Shown here: piece by piece, positions 47,846 through 60,990 of the stretch
Numbering within the stretch: the stretch's first letter is position 1
How the letters are laid out: every line of letters starts with the position of its first letter
Assembly (NCBI GenBank): GCA_043228905.1
Contig: JBHGNT010000021.1
Coordinates: 9,796,001 to 9,860,000 of the forward strand
Length of the DNA: 64,000 nt
Source of the DNA: Azolla caroliniana
Taxonomy: Eukaryota; Plantae; Polypodiophyta
Direction: 5' to 3'
Program-made: the position numbers and the translations under genes
The notes under the pieces: model-generated
The model's database searches: none
What the model was told of the DNA's origin: nothing
What the model saw: only the letters and a program-made list of their open reading frames with translations

Positions 47846-50111
47846 TTTTTTTTTTTTTTTTTAGGAACACTTTTATTACTAGTGGGAAACCTTAAAGTGA
47901 GGTGAAAACCCACAAAGAATAAAGAAAAATATACAAGTGTCGATTAGAAACTAAAGAGCTTAGAAGCACTCAAAGTAAAGATTGTAAATTTGCAGTGTGA
48001 TGTCTCTAAGTTGTAGACAGTCAAATAGAAATTGCCTGAGGGATTGCTTAAAGAAGCTAACTTCCTGTAGTTGGTTTCGATCAAAGACCTTATTATTGCG
48101 AGCTATCCAAATGGTCCATAGTGCCCAAAATCGTGTCCATTGGAGAAAATAGGCATTGTTGGATAGGGCGCACGGAATTTGTCCAAATAGCCAAAAGTGT
48201 TTACCAAACCTTCGGCCAGGAAATTTGTGATAAATAGATGCACTTAGTCTTTGTACAAATGTTGCAGTGAATGAGCAATTCCATAATAAGTGTGGGACTG
48301 TTTCCAAACGTCCACCACATCATGCACAATGCGGTGAGGCTATCGATCTCTTTTGAAGATTCGACCTAGTTGGGAGCACACCCAATAGGCATGTCCATAG
48401 GAATACCCGTTGCTTATGTGGAAGACCAGAGCTCCATAAGCTTGTAAACCTGTTTTTCCACTAGGACTGCATTTTGTGCAGGTTCCATAATGCATTTGCA
48501 TGTTTGTGAAACCATGGGACAGGTTGCAACAACATATACGTTGAATGTGTTGTAATGTTATGCATTGGAATAACAATATTACCTTTTTGCAACATCCAAT
48601 CCTGGATCCTGCGATCTCCATCTAGAGGTGGCACAAGTACTAAGTACCAACTCTATGACTTGATTCTAGATAACACGATGATGTGGCCCAAGACTATAAC
48701 GACATGTCATGTCATTGAAGTGAAATAAGTGACCTTGGTCATTTACCACATCTATAATTGGTTTCAGCCCTTTCTTTGCTAAAAAATAAGCTTTCCTAGG
48801 CTCTTGTTCAGCTAGTGACTGTGGGAATATAGCACTCCAATGTAAGCTTTTGAGGCATAAAGAGTTCCCTGATTCTAAATTCCTACCTCTCCATTTTATG
48901 TGGTGCAATACTTCCTTCCAGTGCTTTAGAAGCTTGAGCTAAACGGACGGCCTTTGATGTGCCCGTCAAGCTTTCCAAACACTACATCCCATGGTTAGTA
49001 TCCCATGAGCCAAATGACTTGGTTTTCAAACGATCAAACATATCAGATAGCATTCTTGCCCAAGGCAATGTTTTTTCAGCAAATTTTGGCAATAAAGTAG
49101 CTTTTCTAGCCAACATATGCAAATGCAAATTAAGAATATTTAGCCCTCCACTCAATCATGGAGTGCATATCTTCTCTAGTGATAGGAGTCGTATACCTCA
49201 ATGTGACTGCTTAGAGCACCAAAAACTGCTTATGATTTCTGAGTTAATCTTTTGTATCATGTGTTTCGGCCAATCAATCATAAATAAGTATTATTGCATG
49301 TAAGCCATGAATATAGATTGCACTATCCACAATCTGACATGGAGTGACCATGTTGCAATATTCCAATAGCTTAGCTTTTGTCTCACTTTTTGCAAAACCC
49401 ATTCAGCCTTTCTTTTCCCTGTTGCCTTCCATCGCAATGGATAACCAAGATGTCTAACCATTTCATTTGGGCTAACAACTTGACCTGGCCACAAAAGTTG
49501 ATGCCAACTATATGGTGTCAAGGGTAGAAGTTTGGACTTGTTGAAGTTAACATGCAATCCAACAACTAATCCATACAATTTGAGGGCATCCATAATCACC
49601 CTCATATCATTTGGATTGTTTTGTGATAGGAATGATGTATCATCTGCATATGCCCGAGCCATGAAATCATGTCCTTCTTTCATTTTCAAACCATGAAGTT
49701 GACCAATTAATACTAGATGATCCATGTACAATAGTAGTGAATGAGTTGCGATTGCATACAACAATGCACTTACATGACAACCTTGTCGTACTGATTTGGC
49801 TAAGCTCCATGAATCTATCAATTCACCCTCAATAATGCATGAAGATGTGCTAGACCCATAAAGCCAATAGATTACTTGAGACATTTTCGGACCAAATCCT
49901 AGTTTCACCATTGTGGTTGCCACAAAATCCCATTGGATGGTGTCAAAGGTCTTTTCAATGTCAATTTGCATGAGCAATACATCTTGTTTTAGTATATTTG
50001 GCATACTCCATTCCAATATAGGCATTAGCAATATTATCTGTAATTTGCCTTGGGGGAATGAACCCGTACTGGTTTATGTGGATACCTCCCAACAAAGTGT
50101 GCTTAATACGA
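47846..50111 (-). mobile_element. L1-clade LINE, 5'-truncated, with poly(A) tail and TSD
   Basis: Poly(T) 47846-47862; TSD ATGCACCAGG at 47836-47845 and 50112-50121; RT DIEKTFD, RQGC, YADDT (49291-50031); zf-RVT CxxC..ETVPHLLWNC. Confidence 0.93.
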
Positions 50112-52038
50112 ATGCACCAGGTTTCAACCAAGAGTGTTCATGTAAGAATACTAGGTTTCAACCTCCACCATTACCACCTACAAGCTTATGAATGTTCATA
50201 GTCCTCACCCACAGACACAAGGTTGCCAATTTCATTTATGATGTGGTTGTATAGGGTACCAACCTTGATAAACCGGGTAATTGTACAAGGTATTACTGAA
50301 GAAAATGCACATGTCCCATGGTTTTAGATGAGTATCATACTCCTCATGGATTCACCTACCATTTTGTATCAAGCTATCATGTGGGTCTGCATTATGTATG
50401 TGTATCTATGTGTATGCTTGTACTCATTGATTTAAAGAAAAATGGTTCATATCCTTTATTATACAACCGTATATGTGAACTCTAGAGAACTTCAACAAGT
50501 CTAGTTAAGGATTGTAATAGAAATGCAATGGAGAATTTAAGAAGGGTGTGTGTGTGTAGAAAAGATCTATGAGGGAGGACTAGACTTACAAGACTACAAT
50601 AGTAAGCTTAATAGGAAAAAAGAGGTTAAACCCTGACCCTGTGAAACTTGATCATGATTATAGACTATGGTTTTTTTAAAACAAAATCCTACGGGATTTG
50701 GAGTGGGATCCATTGGAGGTATGATGGTAGGAACAAAAAACGAACAAACCGAAAAAGTTTTTTGCATATAGTACTAAGCTAGGAAGGCGAGTCATTGGCT
50801 CTAAATCAATGGGTGTTGTGCAAACTCGCAATAGCTAGAAGGATAAAGGCATATCAGATGACTTCCTGAAGTCATTTTGGAGGAGACTATGGGCATTGGA
50901 TACGCCATAAAAAATAAAGGTTTGAATGTGGCTTCTTAGCCACAAGACAGTACTTGTAGGGGAGTGGATGAGTTCCCTTGTTGGTGAGGTTGAATGCAAG
51001 TTATGTGGACATGCTTTAGAATCGATATCTCACTGTTTCTTGGAATTGTGTAGAGACGATTAACATTTGGTGTAGAAGCTTTAGGATCATGGCACCTTCT
51101 GGTGTGAATGGGAAAGTTGTGTGGGTTCGATACAAGGTCTAATGTTAAAAGGGGAAGGATGGGCCGAACAGTTAAATCCACAGGAACATGGATTTCTAGT
51201 GTAGGGTGGCAGCGTGTTCCAATGTGGCGGGTTAAGACCTAGCACGAACTCTAAATCTTTTGAAGAGATATGGCTTATGGTGGCATGGTTATGGGTCTAG
51301 CACATTTGGACTAGGCATTGCAAGTTTGTTTTCGGCAACACAAGCTCCCATGCCATGAGGTGATGTGGTAGCATAGTTGCACAGACTATACAAATCGATT
51401 CAGGGGGAATCAGATGGAGCAAAAATGGCAATGTCAAAGTTTATGCTGAAATGGGTGGTTCTCCCATGATAGTCAAATTGTTTATGTGTAACGACTCTCT
51501 CTCTCTCTGTGTAACGGCTCTCTCTGCCGTTGTTGTCGTTGTCGTCGCCGTCGCCGTCACCGTCGTCTGCAGCCGCTGTCTACCGCCGTTGTAGCCGTCG
51601 CCATCTGCTCTCTCTCTCTCTTTCGCTTCCTCATCTCTGTATAATGGCTCTCTCTGCCGTTGTTGTCGCCGGTTAGTGTCGTCGCCGTCGCCGTCGTCTG
51701 TTGTTGTCGTCGTCCGACGACTACCGTTGTCTGCGGCCGTCGCCGTCTGCTACCGTCTGCAGCCGTCTTCTGCCGTCTACAGCCGTCTACTGATGTCTGT
51801 CGTCTGCCGTCTGCTGCCGTCGTTTGACGACTGCCGCCGTCACCGTCGTTGTCACGGGGTGTTTCTTCTCCGTTTTCTCTTGACGTTGTGAAGTGCCATT
51901 TTCTTGACGAGTTCGTGGGTGGGTTCTTTTGGTGTGCTCGTCGCGTGCTACAAAATGCCGATGTGATTGCGACATACACACAAACTCGGCTAAGTCTCGA
52001 ACCCATTTATTTTACCTTTTTTTCTTATTGACACCACA

Positions 52039-52851
52039 ATGACGTCTAGACGGACTAAGGAACATAAGGATATACAAGACGAGGCTATAAGTAAGGAGGA
52101 CTTTTTAGATATGTTTAATCGTTTAACAAAAATAGAGATGGATATGAAAAAATGGGTGAAAGACACCGAAACCCACAAGAAAAAAGATAGAGAGGAAAAA
52201 GACGCCCTCAAGGCCGAAATAGAACAACTTAAAGTAGAAAACACCGACCTTAAAAAACAACTTAAGGACATCGAGGTATCTCGAGAAGACGGTGAAATAT
52301 CCTCTATAGAGGATATAAAGGACGAAATTAAAAAAGTTAAAGAGGAAGTTAATAATAACATAGAGTTAGCTAAAACGGGTTGGGTAGATGTGGTTAAAAG
52401 AAACATTAAAAATGAAATAAAAGATGAAAATATTGTTAATACCACCCTTGAAGAAGAGAAAATGCGTCAGGCCCGACGCTTAAATGTACGTGTCACTGGG
52501 CTCAAGGAAGGTGCATCCCCAAATGAGGACGCACAAACACTTGGGAAAATGTTAGGGTACACAGAGGCCCTACCTATCACCAAAGCATGGAGGGTCGGGC
52601 GTGACACAACTAGGAAGAGAGTCTTGGTCCTTCAATTTAAAGACTTAGACTCTAGAATCACTTTCTTTAAGAAGAGACCAATCCTTCGAGGAATGGATGG
52701 GAACCCCATCTATCTCGATGAAGACCTCACTAAGATGCAAATTGAGCATCGCAAGAGTTGTATGCCACGAGTTATGCAAGCTCGTAAAGAAGGCCATCGC
52801 GCCTTTTACCGAGACGGGCGAGTGATCATAAATGATCGCACTACTAATTGA
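52039..52851 (+). CDS. LINE ORF1 protein (coiled coil + RRM/CTD, L1-ORF1/Tnp22-like), 270 aa, intact
   Basis: N-terminal E/K-rich coiled coil; RRLNVRVTGLKE and IYLDEDLT motifs typical of LINE ORF1; directly upstream of the endonuclease. Confidence 0.88.
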   Translation: MTSRRTKEHKDIQDEAISKEDFLDMFNRLTKIEMDMKKWVKDTETHKKKDREEKDALKAEIEQLKVENTDLKKQLKDIEVSREDGEISSIEDIKDEIKKVKEEVNNNIELAKTGWVDVVKRNIKNEIKDENIVNTTLEEEKMRQARRLNVRVTGLKEGASPNEDAQTLGKMLGYTEALPITKAWRVGRDTTRKRVLVLQFKDLDSRITFFKKRPILRGMDGNPIYLDEDLTKMQIEHRKSCMPRVMQARKEGHRAFYRDGRVIINDRTTN

Positions 52852-52864
52852 CGGCGTGTGGCCC

Positions 52865-55800
52865 ATGTGACAGAAAATGCACTTAGGATGACCCTATGGA
52901 ATTGTAATGGCGCACTCTGGGCACACCCCGGCCGCCTAGAGGAGATACTAAAGGTATCTGATCTTGGTAGAAACACATCATAGCCCAAATAGAGGACTCC
53001 CACGGGTCAAAGGATTCCGTTGGGAGTCCGCTTTTAGACAAACCTCACGTCGACACACTACTAGGGGATCTGGAGGTGTCGCGATACTGTTTCGTAGAGA
53101 GCTACATAATAGGATAGAAATAATGAAGATAGACCCAGAAGCTCGTTTTATGTGGGTGAAAGTCTACACAAGCAAAGACCAGGCAGTATTTTTCGCCATT
53201 TGTTACTTTCCCCCTAAAGGATCCCGTTATAATATTGGTGGCTTGACGAGATTAGTCGATGAAGGAATGCCACATGGGCCTTCTCCATACGAACCCCTAT
53301 CGGATGACATAATCCGATTTTCTTCCCAAGGAGAAGTATTTCTTGTAGGAGACTTCAATGCGAGAACCCAATCCAGACAATGAACAGTATTTCAGATGAA
53401 TAGAAACCTAGAAATGGTAAATGTTGATCCTTTAGACATAGGCACCACACGTAGATCAAAGGATCAAGGTGCGGACGCCACGAGCTTTGGCCATCATTTG
53501 CTCGAACTTGGCAGTCGGCACCGGATGGTCATATATAATGGTTTAGCTAAGTGGCCGGGTTCGGAAGAGCTCACATGTTTCCCACATCATTTGCTCGAAC
53601 TTGGCAGTCGGCACCGGATGGTCATATATAATGGTTTAGCTAAGTGGCCGGGCTCAGAAGAGCTCACATGTTTCCCACATGGAGGAGGGGAAAGCACAGT
53701 TGACTATCTAATAGGGTGCCCTGAAGTTACCCACATGATTAACTCCTTCCGAGTGGCCCCATGCCCTATTGGCGCAGACCATAGTTTCTTATACTTCGAG
53801 CTAAAATGTGATATCTCTAAGGTCACCAAGTCTAGTCAACCATGCCATCACACCACAATACATTTCACACATGAGCTCTCTGACATATACTCTCAACATG
53901 TTCAGGCCTTAGTACAAAACTCACACACATCCTTCACTCCGCAGCAGCTAGCAGTTTCCCATATACAAAACACTCAAATCAAGGTAGATCAGGATCAATA
54001 CCACATAATAAATGGTATGACGAGGATTGTAGGGACTTACATAGACAACTTACAGTATCGCAACTCAATGGTAGTATTACCTCCATACAAGCTCGCAAAG
54101 AAATGCGTAAGATGGCACGTCATAAGAGATGAGCGTGGGAGGCATCCCAATACTGGGAACTCTACCATATGCTCATGAGTAGTGATTGTGCCACGGCATG
54201 GAAGAGACTACGGGAGCCAAGTTCACAAACACCCATCGAAGATCCCGAAACTTGGCACACATATACAGAGAGACTTTACCAAATCCCAAACCAACCACCC
54301 ATTCCAATGCCTTCCACACCCTGGCCTACCACGGGGACACTTTTCATGACCTCTAGGGTCGTGAAGGTCATAAAGAAATTACAACATAGGCAGTCCATGG
54401 ACCACACAGGATTGCGAGCAGAACACATTATATATGCGAGAGAGTGCCTAGCTCCCTTGCTAACTCTAATCTTCAATCGTGCCCTTGCGGAGGGTTTTCC
54501 ACCACAGTGGACTATGAATACAGTGGCCCCCATACATAAAGGGGGGGGGGGGACCCCATGGACCCAAATACATATAGGACCATTATGATAGGCCATACCC
54601 TTGCTAAGTTATATGGTGTCGTAATGGAATCAAAGCTTAGCGACTATATGGAGACCCTAAACCTTCGTGCACCTGAACAAGCTGGCTTTAGACGAGCCTT
54701 CTCCGACGCTTTTTGGGATCTACATTGATGAGATCACAGATTTTATTGCTCGTGAGGGAGGCACCGGAGTGGTCCTTGGGGATACGCAGGTTCGTATCTT
54801 GCTCTATGCGGATGACATAGTTTTGCTCTCTGAATCCGAACACGACCTACAAAGGCACCTTAATGCCTTAGATGACTTTTGTGTACAACGAGGATTGGTA
54901 ATGAATCTAGGGAAAACGAAAGTCCTTATCTTCCACACATCGGCCCAAGTTAGAGCTAAGTGTCACCTAACTATCTCCCATAGCCCAGTCGAGGTGGTTG
55001 GATCATACGTCTATCTCGGAGTCACTTCTAGTGCCCGCTCAGGTAAATTTTCGATGACACAGGCAGCGAAGGATAGACTCACGAGAGGACATGCATCCCT
55101 CTCACTCCTAGAGAGACAATGCCACCAAGCACACTTTCAAGAGCCACGGACTAAAGGGTGGTTGTTTGACTCATTAGTGACCCCCTCCCACATGTATGCA
55201 TCAGCGGTTTGGGCTCCAGGATTACCATCTTTCATGTGGACGCAATTAGAGAGACCATTGGTGATGATGCTATCACGCCAACTCCGAAGCAAATCGACTG
55301 TACCACATGACATTATTAGGGCTGAGTTCACGTTACCCCCAATGTTAGTAGAGGCACTTTTTCAACTTGTAGTCTTCATTTATAGGATACATAGCCAACC
55401 ACATGATAGAATATCTCATCAAGCCTTTAAGGCGTCTCGATCATTGTATGAGTCCGGCTATACTAGCTCATGGTATGGCATGATGGTGAGTTGGCTTCTT
55501 GCGAATGGTCTAGACATCAATAACCTACCTCCCCTTAGGTACAACCACACGAGTGATAACACTTTAATCTCTCATGAGGACCGCAATAAAGTAATACGCC
55601 AAGAAATATGGCAAATTTACACTCAATGTAAATGGATCACCCCACTAGAGCCACTCCCATCTGAAATGTTGTACTATAAGAAACACTTCATGCACTTCTC
55701 TGAGTTAGGTTTTATCACGCGGCCAAAATATCTAGATGTATTCTTACCACATGCACTAAGGGTTGCCATTGAACAACTTAGAATATCATCTCACCAACTT

Positions 55801-56359
55801 GAGATTGAGAATGGTCGTACTAGTGGAGTCCCTAGGGAGGAAAGGATATGTAGGTTATGTCATAGAGATAGAGGATGAGTACCACTTTACATGTAAGTGT
55901 CCAACCTATGCCGAGATAAGGGCAAAATACCAAGACATACTTGGTTCGTCTCCCACCCTCCCCAAACTATTAGATACTCTAGATATAAAGAAATTAGGCA
56001 AATACATTCTAGAGCTAAAACAACACAGAGAGAATAAGTTACAAAATGTTGACAATAATGTTGCTAATGATCACGAACATGTAACAAATGAAGTTTTTCA
56101 AGAACATGAGGAGACAACGAATGTCGACACACTTGCACCACTCGGCCTTTCCATTGATGAGGCAGAAAACCAGAGAAGAACCAGACATCCTCGGGTGCCG
56201 GGTTTCAAAGCAACTCGACGTGATGTGGAAGCAATATTGAAAATAAGGGAACGTGAGCTACACCGCCTAGAAGCCATGGCTAGGGCACTCTCTACATTGG
56301 AACCCACATCAAGACCCTTTGACCCCCCACTTCTTTTCGAGAGGCTTGGGTGGAAATAA
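52865..56359 (+). pseudogene. LINE ORF2 (APE endonuclease, RT, zinc finger), disrupted
   Basis: Fragments 52964-53383, 53396-54178, 54169-54588, 54667-55878, 55763-56359; stops, frameshifts, a 93-bp duplication and a deletion of about 280 bp. Confidence 0.9.
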
Positions 56360-56788
56360 AATTAGGCTTAGTGTATAGTCACTTTCGAGTATACTACATA
56401 TTGTACACTACTAGAACTCTTTTAGTTTAAGTTCTATTTTTTACTTAATTTTATTTTAGTTATGATGACTGGATAAATACTCTTTTGTTGTAAACCAATT
56501 GTCTCATGGGCCAAATTTGGCCTTAGAAGACGTTAATATATCTTTCTTTCTTTCTTTCTATAGGGCCTATGTGGAACTACCATGCACCCAAGTGGCTATT
56601 TTCACCTACTTCAAATTAGTTAGCAAACAAAATTATCAACATTTTTTTTCCCAAAATAATGTGCTACCCATTAGTTAGTGTTTAGAGTCAAACCCAAGTT
56701 AGTTGGTATTTAAACCAACTCTTTTGTAACCTAGTTACTATTGGATGTATTTTTTGTTGTAACTATTTTCTTGCTAATACAGCTTATT

Positions 56789-56820
<32 letters not shown>

Positions 56821-56822
<2 letters not shown>

Positions 56823-59555
56823 CAGTCGGCACCAGATGGCCATATATAATGGTTTAGCCAAGTGGCCAGGCTCGGAAGAGCTCACGTGTTTCCCACATGG
56901 AGGAGGGGAAAGCACAGTTGATTATCTAATAGGACGCCCTGAAGCTACCCACATGATTAACTCCTTCCGGGTGACCCCATGCCCTATTGGCGCGGACCAT
57001 GGTTTCTTATACTTCGAGCTTAAATGTTATATCTCACATCACCAAATCTAGTCAACCACGCCATCACACCACAATACATTTCACACATGAGCTCTCTGAC
57101 ATATACTCTCCACATGTTCAAGCCCATCTCTCATCCCTTGATCCCTCCCTACCTATAGAGAACCTTAGTATGAAACTCACACACATCCTTCACTCCGCAG
57201 CCGTTAGTAGTTTCCCATAATATACGAAACACTCCAATCAAGGTAGATTAGGATCTATGCCACAAAAGATATGGTATGATGAGGATTGTAGGAACTTACA
57301 TAGACAACTTACAATATCGCAACTCAGTAGTAGTATTATCCCAATAGAAACTCGCAAAGAAATGTGCAAGATGACACGTCATAAGAGACGAGCATGCGAG
57401 GCATTCCAATATTGGGAACTCTACCATATGCTCATGAGTAGCGATTGTGCCACTGCATGGAAGAGATTACAGGAACCAAGTCCACAAACACCCATCAAAG
57501 ATCCCGAAACCTGGCACACATATACAGAGAGACTCTACCAAATCCCAAACCAACCACCCATTCCAATGCCTTCTACACCCCGACCTACCGTGGGGACACT
57601 TTTCACGACCTCTAGGGTCACAAAGGTCATAAAGAAACTACAACATAGGAAGTCCATGGACCACACAAGATTGCGAGCAGAACACATCATATATGCGAGA
57701 GAGTGCCTAGCTCCCTTGCTAACTCTAATCTTCAATCGTGCCCTCACTGAGGGTTTTCCACAACAATGGACATTGAACACAATGGCCCCCATACATAAAT
57801 GGGGGGACCCCATGGACCCAAATACATATAGGACCATTATGATAGGTCATGCCCTTGCTAAATTATATGGTGCAATAATGGAGGCAAAGCTTAGCAATTA
57901 TATGGAGACCCTAAATCTTCGCGCACCTAAACAAGTTGGCTTTAGACGAGCCTTCTCCACTATTGAACATATCTTCACACTTAGATGCTTAATTGAACAG
58001 ACTAAGGCTCGCAAGACGAAATTATATTGTTGTTTTGTGGACTTCCGCAAAGCCTTTGACGCGGTCCCTAGAGAGCGGCTGTTTGATAGGCTTAAAAGCT
58101 TGAGGATACCAGATGACATGGTTTGGGCCATCTAAGCACTATACGAACAAGTGTTCGGGTGTGTTCGATGCCCAGCTGGCCTATCCAATTGTTTCACTAG
58201 TGCTATTGGTGTAAAACAAGGTTGCCCCCTATCTCCAACTCTTTTTGGGATCTACATTGATGAGATCACGGATTTTATTGCTTGTAAGGGTGGCAACGGA
58301 GTAGTCCTTGGGGATACACAGGTTCGCATCTTTCTCTATGTAGACGACATAGTTTTGCTCTCTGAGTCTGAACACAATCTACAAAGGCACCTTAATGCCT
58401 TAGATGACTTTTGCGCACAACGAGGATTGGCAGTGAATCTAGGGAAAATTAAATTCCGTATCTTCCACACATCGGCCCAAGTTAGAGCTAAGTGTCACCT
58501 AACTATCTCCCATATCCCAGTTGAGGTGGTTGGATCATATGTCTATCTCGGAGTCACTTTCCGTGCCCGCTCAGGTAAGTTTTCGATGACACAAGTAGCG
58601 AAGGATAGACTTACGAGAGGACATGCATCCCTCTCACTCTTCGAGAGACAATGCCATCAAGCATGCTTTCAAGAGCCACGGACTAAAGGGTGGCTCTTTT
58701 ACTCATTAGTGACTTCCCCCCTCATGAATGCATCAGTGGTTTGGGCTCCAGGACTACCATCTTTCATGTGGATGCAATTAGAGAGACCATTAGTGATAAT
58801 GTTATCACGCCAACTCTGAAGCAAATCGACAGTACCACATGACATTATTAGGACTGAGTTCACTTTACCCCCGATGTTAGTAGAGTCACTTTTCAACTTG
58901 TAGTCTTTATCCCCAGGATACATTGCCAACCACATGATAGAATATCCCGTCAAGCCTTTAAGGCCTCTCGATCACTGTATGAGTCCGGCTATACTAGCTC
59001 ATGGTATGGCATAATGGTGAGTTGGCTTCTTGCGAACGGTCTAGATATTAATAACCTCCCTCCCCTTAAGTACAACCACACGATTGATAACACTTTAATC
59101 TCTCATGAGGACCGCAATAAAGTAATATGCGAAGAAATATGGCAAATTTACATTCGGTATAAATGGATCGCCCCACTAGAGCCACTCACATCTAAAATGT
59201 TTTACTATAAGGAACACTTCATGTACTTCTCTAAGTTAGGTTTTATTACGCGGCCAAAATATCTAGATGTATTCTTACCACATGCACTAAGGGTTGCCAT
59301 TGGACAACTTAGAATATCATCTCACCAACTTGAGATTGAGAATGGTCGTACTAATGGAGTCCCTAGGTAGGAAAGGATATGTAGGTTATGCCACATAGAG
59401 ATAGAGGATGAGTACCACTTTACATGCAAGTGTCCCACCTACGCCGAGATAAGGGCAAAATACCAAGACATACTTGGTTCCTCTCCTACCCTCCCCAAAC
59501 TATTAGACACTCTAGATATAAAGAAATTAGGCAGATACATCCTAGAGCTAAAACG
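56821..59555 (+). mobile_element. RTEX-like LINE copy 3, truncated at both ends, directly after a (CT)15 tract
   Basis: Colinear with 53600-56020; ORFs 57257-58135, 58151-58819, 59014-59370. Confidence 0.92.
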
Positions 59556-60507
59556 AATAAGGTGAAGTCGGCATGTTCGCGAAAGGCCTCAAAGTCAACA
59601 CCGACTTGAAAGTGTGGCACAAGAGAATTGGCCACATTAATATCCAAAGCTCCAGAACATGAAGGTGAAAGGAGTCGTCATTGGAAAAAGAAAGCACTTG
59701 AGTTTGTGAAGCTTGCCAATTCGGCAACCAACACCGACATCCATTCCTGAAGGAGAGGAATGTGAGTAAAGGAGTCTAGGACATAGTCCACTCCAACGTA
59801 TGGGGACCAAATCAGATAGCTACTTTAAAAATGAAGTTGAAAAAGCAATAGGTCAGCATGTTAGATGTTTTCGGTTGGACGGAGGAAAGGAGTACTTCTC
59901 GGACGAATTTACAGCCGATCTCCGAAAGGAAGGAATTCAATGAGAATTTATCTACCAACACACATCTCAGTAAAATGGGATAGCCAAAAGGAAAAATCAT
60001 CACATATTGGAGGTGGCAAGAGCAATGATGAACAAGAAAAAGCTACTGAGTTGTATTAGGCAGAAGCAGCAACACAACTGTCTACCTCATGAATCGGTGT
60101 TGCACAACATCAAGAGTGCACAATGTCACACTCCACAAGACGTTTTTCGGGAAGAAGCCAAATTTATCCCATTTCAAGGTATTCGGCAAAATTGCTTTTG
60201 TACATATTCCTGACGATAAACGACAAAAGCTCGATCCTAAGTCGGAGAAATGTATCCTCGTAGGGTACTCACTTGAACAAAAGGGGAGACTGATCGACTA
60301 GGCCAGATCGGCGAGGAGCTAGCAAGCCGTTATGACATATATTCCTATTTTAGTAAATAGTACTATTATAGGTGTTAGTGTTAGTAGCTCATTCATGAGC
60401 ATTAAAGTGTTGATAGTACTTGTGTTAGCCCGCTTGTCATGGATTGTATAAAAAGTGCTCACTGAATATTTTTACTAATAGAAATTTTGCTTGTTTGTTC
60501 TCTCTCT
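59556..60507 (+). mobile_element. Heavily deleted copia remnant (GAG-pre-integrase, integrase) plus a partial B-like LTR (about 60295-60507)
   Basis: VWHKRIGH, DGGKEYFS, KPNLSHFKVFG..KLDPKSEKCILVGY; LTR piece tacttgtgttagccc..ttgtataaaaagtgctcactga resembles the B LTR. Confidence 0.8.
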
Positions 60508-60975
60508 AAAATGGATCACCCCACGAGAGCCACTCCCATCTAAAATGTTGTACTATAAGGAACACTTCTTGCACTTCTCTAAGTTAGGTTTTATTACACA
60601 ACCAATATATCTAGATATATTCTTATCGAATGCACTAAGGGTGGCCATTGGACAACTTGGGATATCATCTCACCAACTTGAGATTGAGAATGGTCGGGCT
60701 AATAGAGTCCCTAGAGAGGAAAGGCTATGTAGGTTATTATGCCACATAGAGATAGAGGATGAGTATCACTTCACATGCAAGTGCCCAACTTATGCTGAGA
60801 TACGGGCGGAATACCAAGACATATTAGGACCCTCTCCCACCCACTCCAAACTATTAGATACCCATGATGTAAAGAGACTAGGTAGGTATATCTTAGAGCT
60901 AAAACAACATAGGGAGAATAAATTACAAAGTGTTAACCATAACCCTTTTACTATTCATCAACATGTAACTAGTGT
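60508..60975 (+). mobile_element. RTEX-like LINE copy 4 (3' fragment), starting after a short (TC)n in the LTR piece
   Basis: KWITPREPLPSKMLYYKEHF..ERLCRL..EDEYHFTCKC; closest to the 3' part of copy 1. Confidence 0.9.
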
Positions 60976-60990
60976 ACTATTCATCAACAT

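Larger units (their letters stand above)
51489..56558 (+). mobile_element. RTEX-like LINE copy 2, near full length (GTC/GCC-rich 5' region, ORF1, ORF2 EN-RT-CCHC, (TCTT)n tail); 5' boundary approximate
   Basis: ORF1 intact; APE motifs WNCNG, SGGVAIL, YFPP, GDFNART, STVDY, ADH; RT YADD; ERICRLCH..EDEYHFTCKC; 3' end homologous to copy 1; clade call is inference. Confidence 0.9.

Noticed and set aside
50125-51488. Possible further TE or gene fragment
   Set aside because: No recognisable domain, termini or TSD; left unannotated.
51990-52445. Hydrophobic 151-aa ORF on the - strand
   Set aside because: Antisense shadow of the E/K-rich LINE ORF1.
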